Origin: an uncultured bacterium
GTDB lineage: Bacteria; Hydrothermota; Tepidihabitantia; SM23-42; CAYGYG01
DNA: 64,000 bases
Assembly: GCA_964354155.1 (NCBI GenBank)
Contig: CAYGYG010000013.1
Location: 3,696 to 67,695 of the forward strand
Direction: 5' to 3'
Shown in pieces: positions 63,380 through 64,000 of the stretch (positions are counted from its first letter, which is position 1; every line of letters begins with the position of its first letter). The position numbers were made by a program, and so were the translations under genes. The notes beneath the pieces were generated by a model, which was not told the origin of the DNA, made no database searches, and was given only the letters and a program-made list of their open reading frames with translations.

Positions 63380-64000
63380 ATGAGAATTTGGATCGACATT
63401 GACCGGACGTGCGGCATCTCCTTCCTCAAGCCGATAATCGAGCGGCTTAAGAGCGAAGGGCATGAGGTGGCGGTGACGGCGCGGGATTTTGCCCAGACTT
63501 GTGAAATGTTAGATATGCATGGCATTCCGTTTATGGTAATTGGGAAGCATGCGGGGAGGAATGTTGTTAAGAAAGTTATGAGTAATTTGGCAAGGATGAG
63601 AAAACTTTACTGGTTCGGTTTAAAGAATAAGCCGGATGTTTCGATAAGCCACGGCTCAAGGGCTCTGGCACCGGCATCCTGGCTTTTAGGCATTCCCAAT
63701 ATAGTGACATTTGATTATGAATATATTTACAAGACGCCATTCTTTATGTTTTCCAAAAAGATTGCAATTCCAGAGTGCATTCCAGAGGAAGTTCTGAGGG
63801 AAGAAGGTTTTCCAATGGACCGGGTTGTTCGATATCCGGGGATAAAGGAAGAGGTTTCGTTATATGGCTTCAGTCCGAATGGAAATATACCGCTGGGAAT
63901 GGGAGGCGGGGAAGGGGTAACTGCTTTGTTCAGGTCGCCGGCGACAATGGCGCATTATCATAATGAAAGGACCGATGTTCTTTTTAAGGCGACACTCGCA
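63380..64000 (+). CDS. DUF354 family GT-B-like protein (3'-truncated by window edge)
   Basis: MRIWIDI...F.KPII..L...GHEV.VTARD, SHGS, Y.GIKE. Not in the ORF track because it has no stop in the window. Confidence 0.8.
   Translation, partial: MRIWIDIDRTCGISFLKPIIERLKSEGHEVAVTARDFAQTCEMLDMHGIPFMVIGKHAGRNVVKKVMSNLARMRKLYWFGLKNKPDVSISHGSRALAPASWLLGIPNIVTFDYEYIYKTPFFMFSKKIAIPECIPEEVLREEGFPMDRVVRYPGIKEEVSLYGFSPNGNIPLGMGGGEGVTALFRSPATMAHYHNERTDVLFKATLA

Overview
64-kb window from a GC-rich, probably anaerobic bacterium. Five exported proteins carry FlgD-Ig/T9SS-type C-terminal tails, which suggests a WOR-3/FCB-like lineage (inference). Every credible gene is on the + strand. Layout: 1-14.5 kb, housekeeping and redox genes (M14 peptidase, DHA2 MFS, TrpB2, flavin reductase-rubredoxin/FprA/rubrerythrin-like, DppA, M48, DUF2520, DUF89, alr) plus a Y1 (RAYT-like) HUH transposase bounded by perfect 16-bp terminal inverted repeats; 14.9-25 kb, a tightly coupled LysM (TsaP-like)/cNMP-binding/holin-like/giant TPR/coiled-coil-TPR operon followed by a full-length but catalytically degenerate CTP-synthase paralogue; 25-35 kb, exported enzymes, hicBA, an OmpA-family protein and two four-helix-bundle genes; 35.4-44 kb, a co-oriented array of about ten small toxin-antitoxin-like or unknown modules; 45.5-64 kb, a Wzx/Wzy-type polysaccharide locus. 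The strongest unexplained signal is non-coding. Most intergenic spacers from 4 to 45.5 kb are mosaics of a small set of recurring bricks: a 28-bp CCCCGTTAGAC..GTCTAAACGGGG hairpin, an ATCACTGTAATC unit, a ~55-bp CTGAT-periodic repeat, TTCCGCTTCAGCGGAA, TTTGACCCCAG and 7-10-nt periodic tracts. These bricks delimit the TA-like modules and form inverted arms around four-helix-bundle genes. I found no rRNA, tRNA, CRISPR array, integrase or reverse transcriptase. All family assignments are from motif recognition by eye; no database searches were run.
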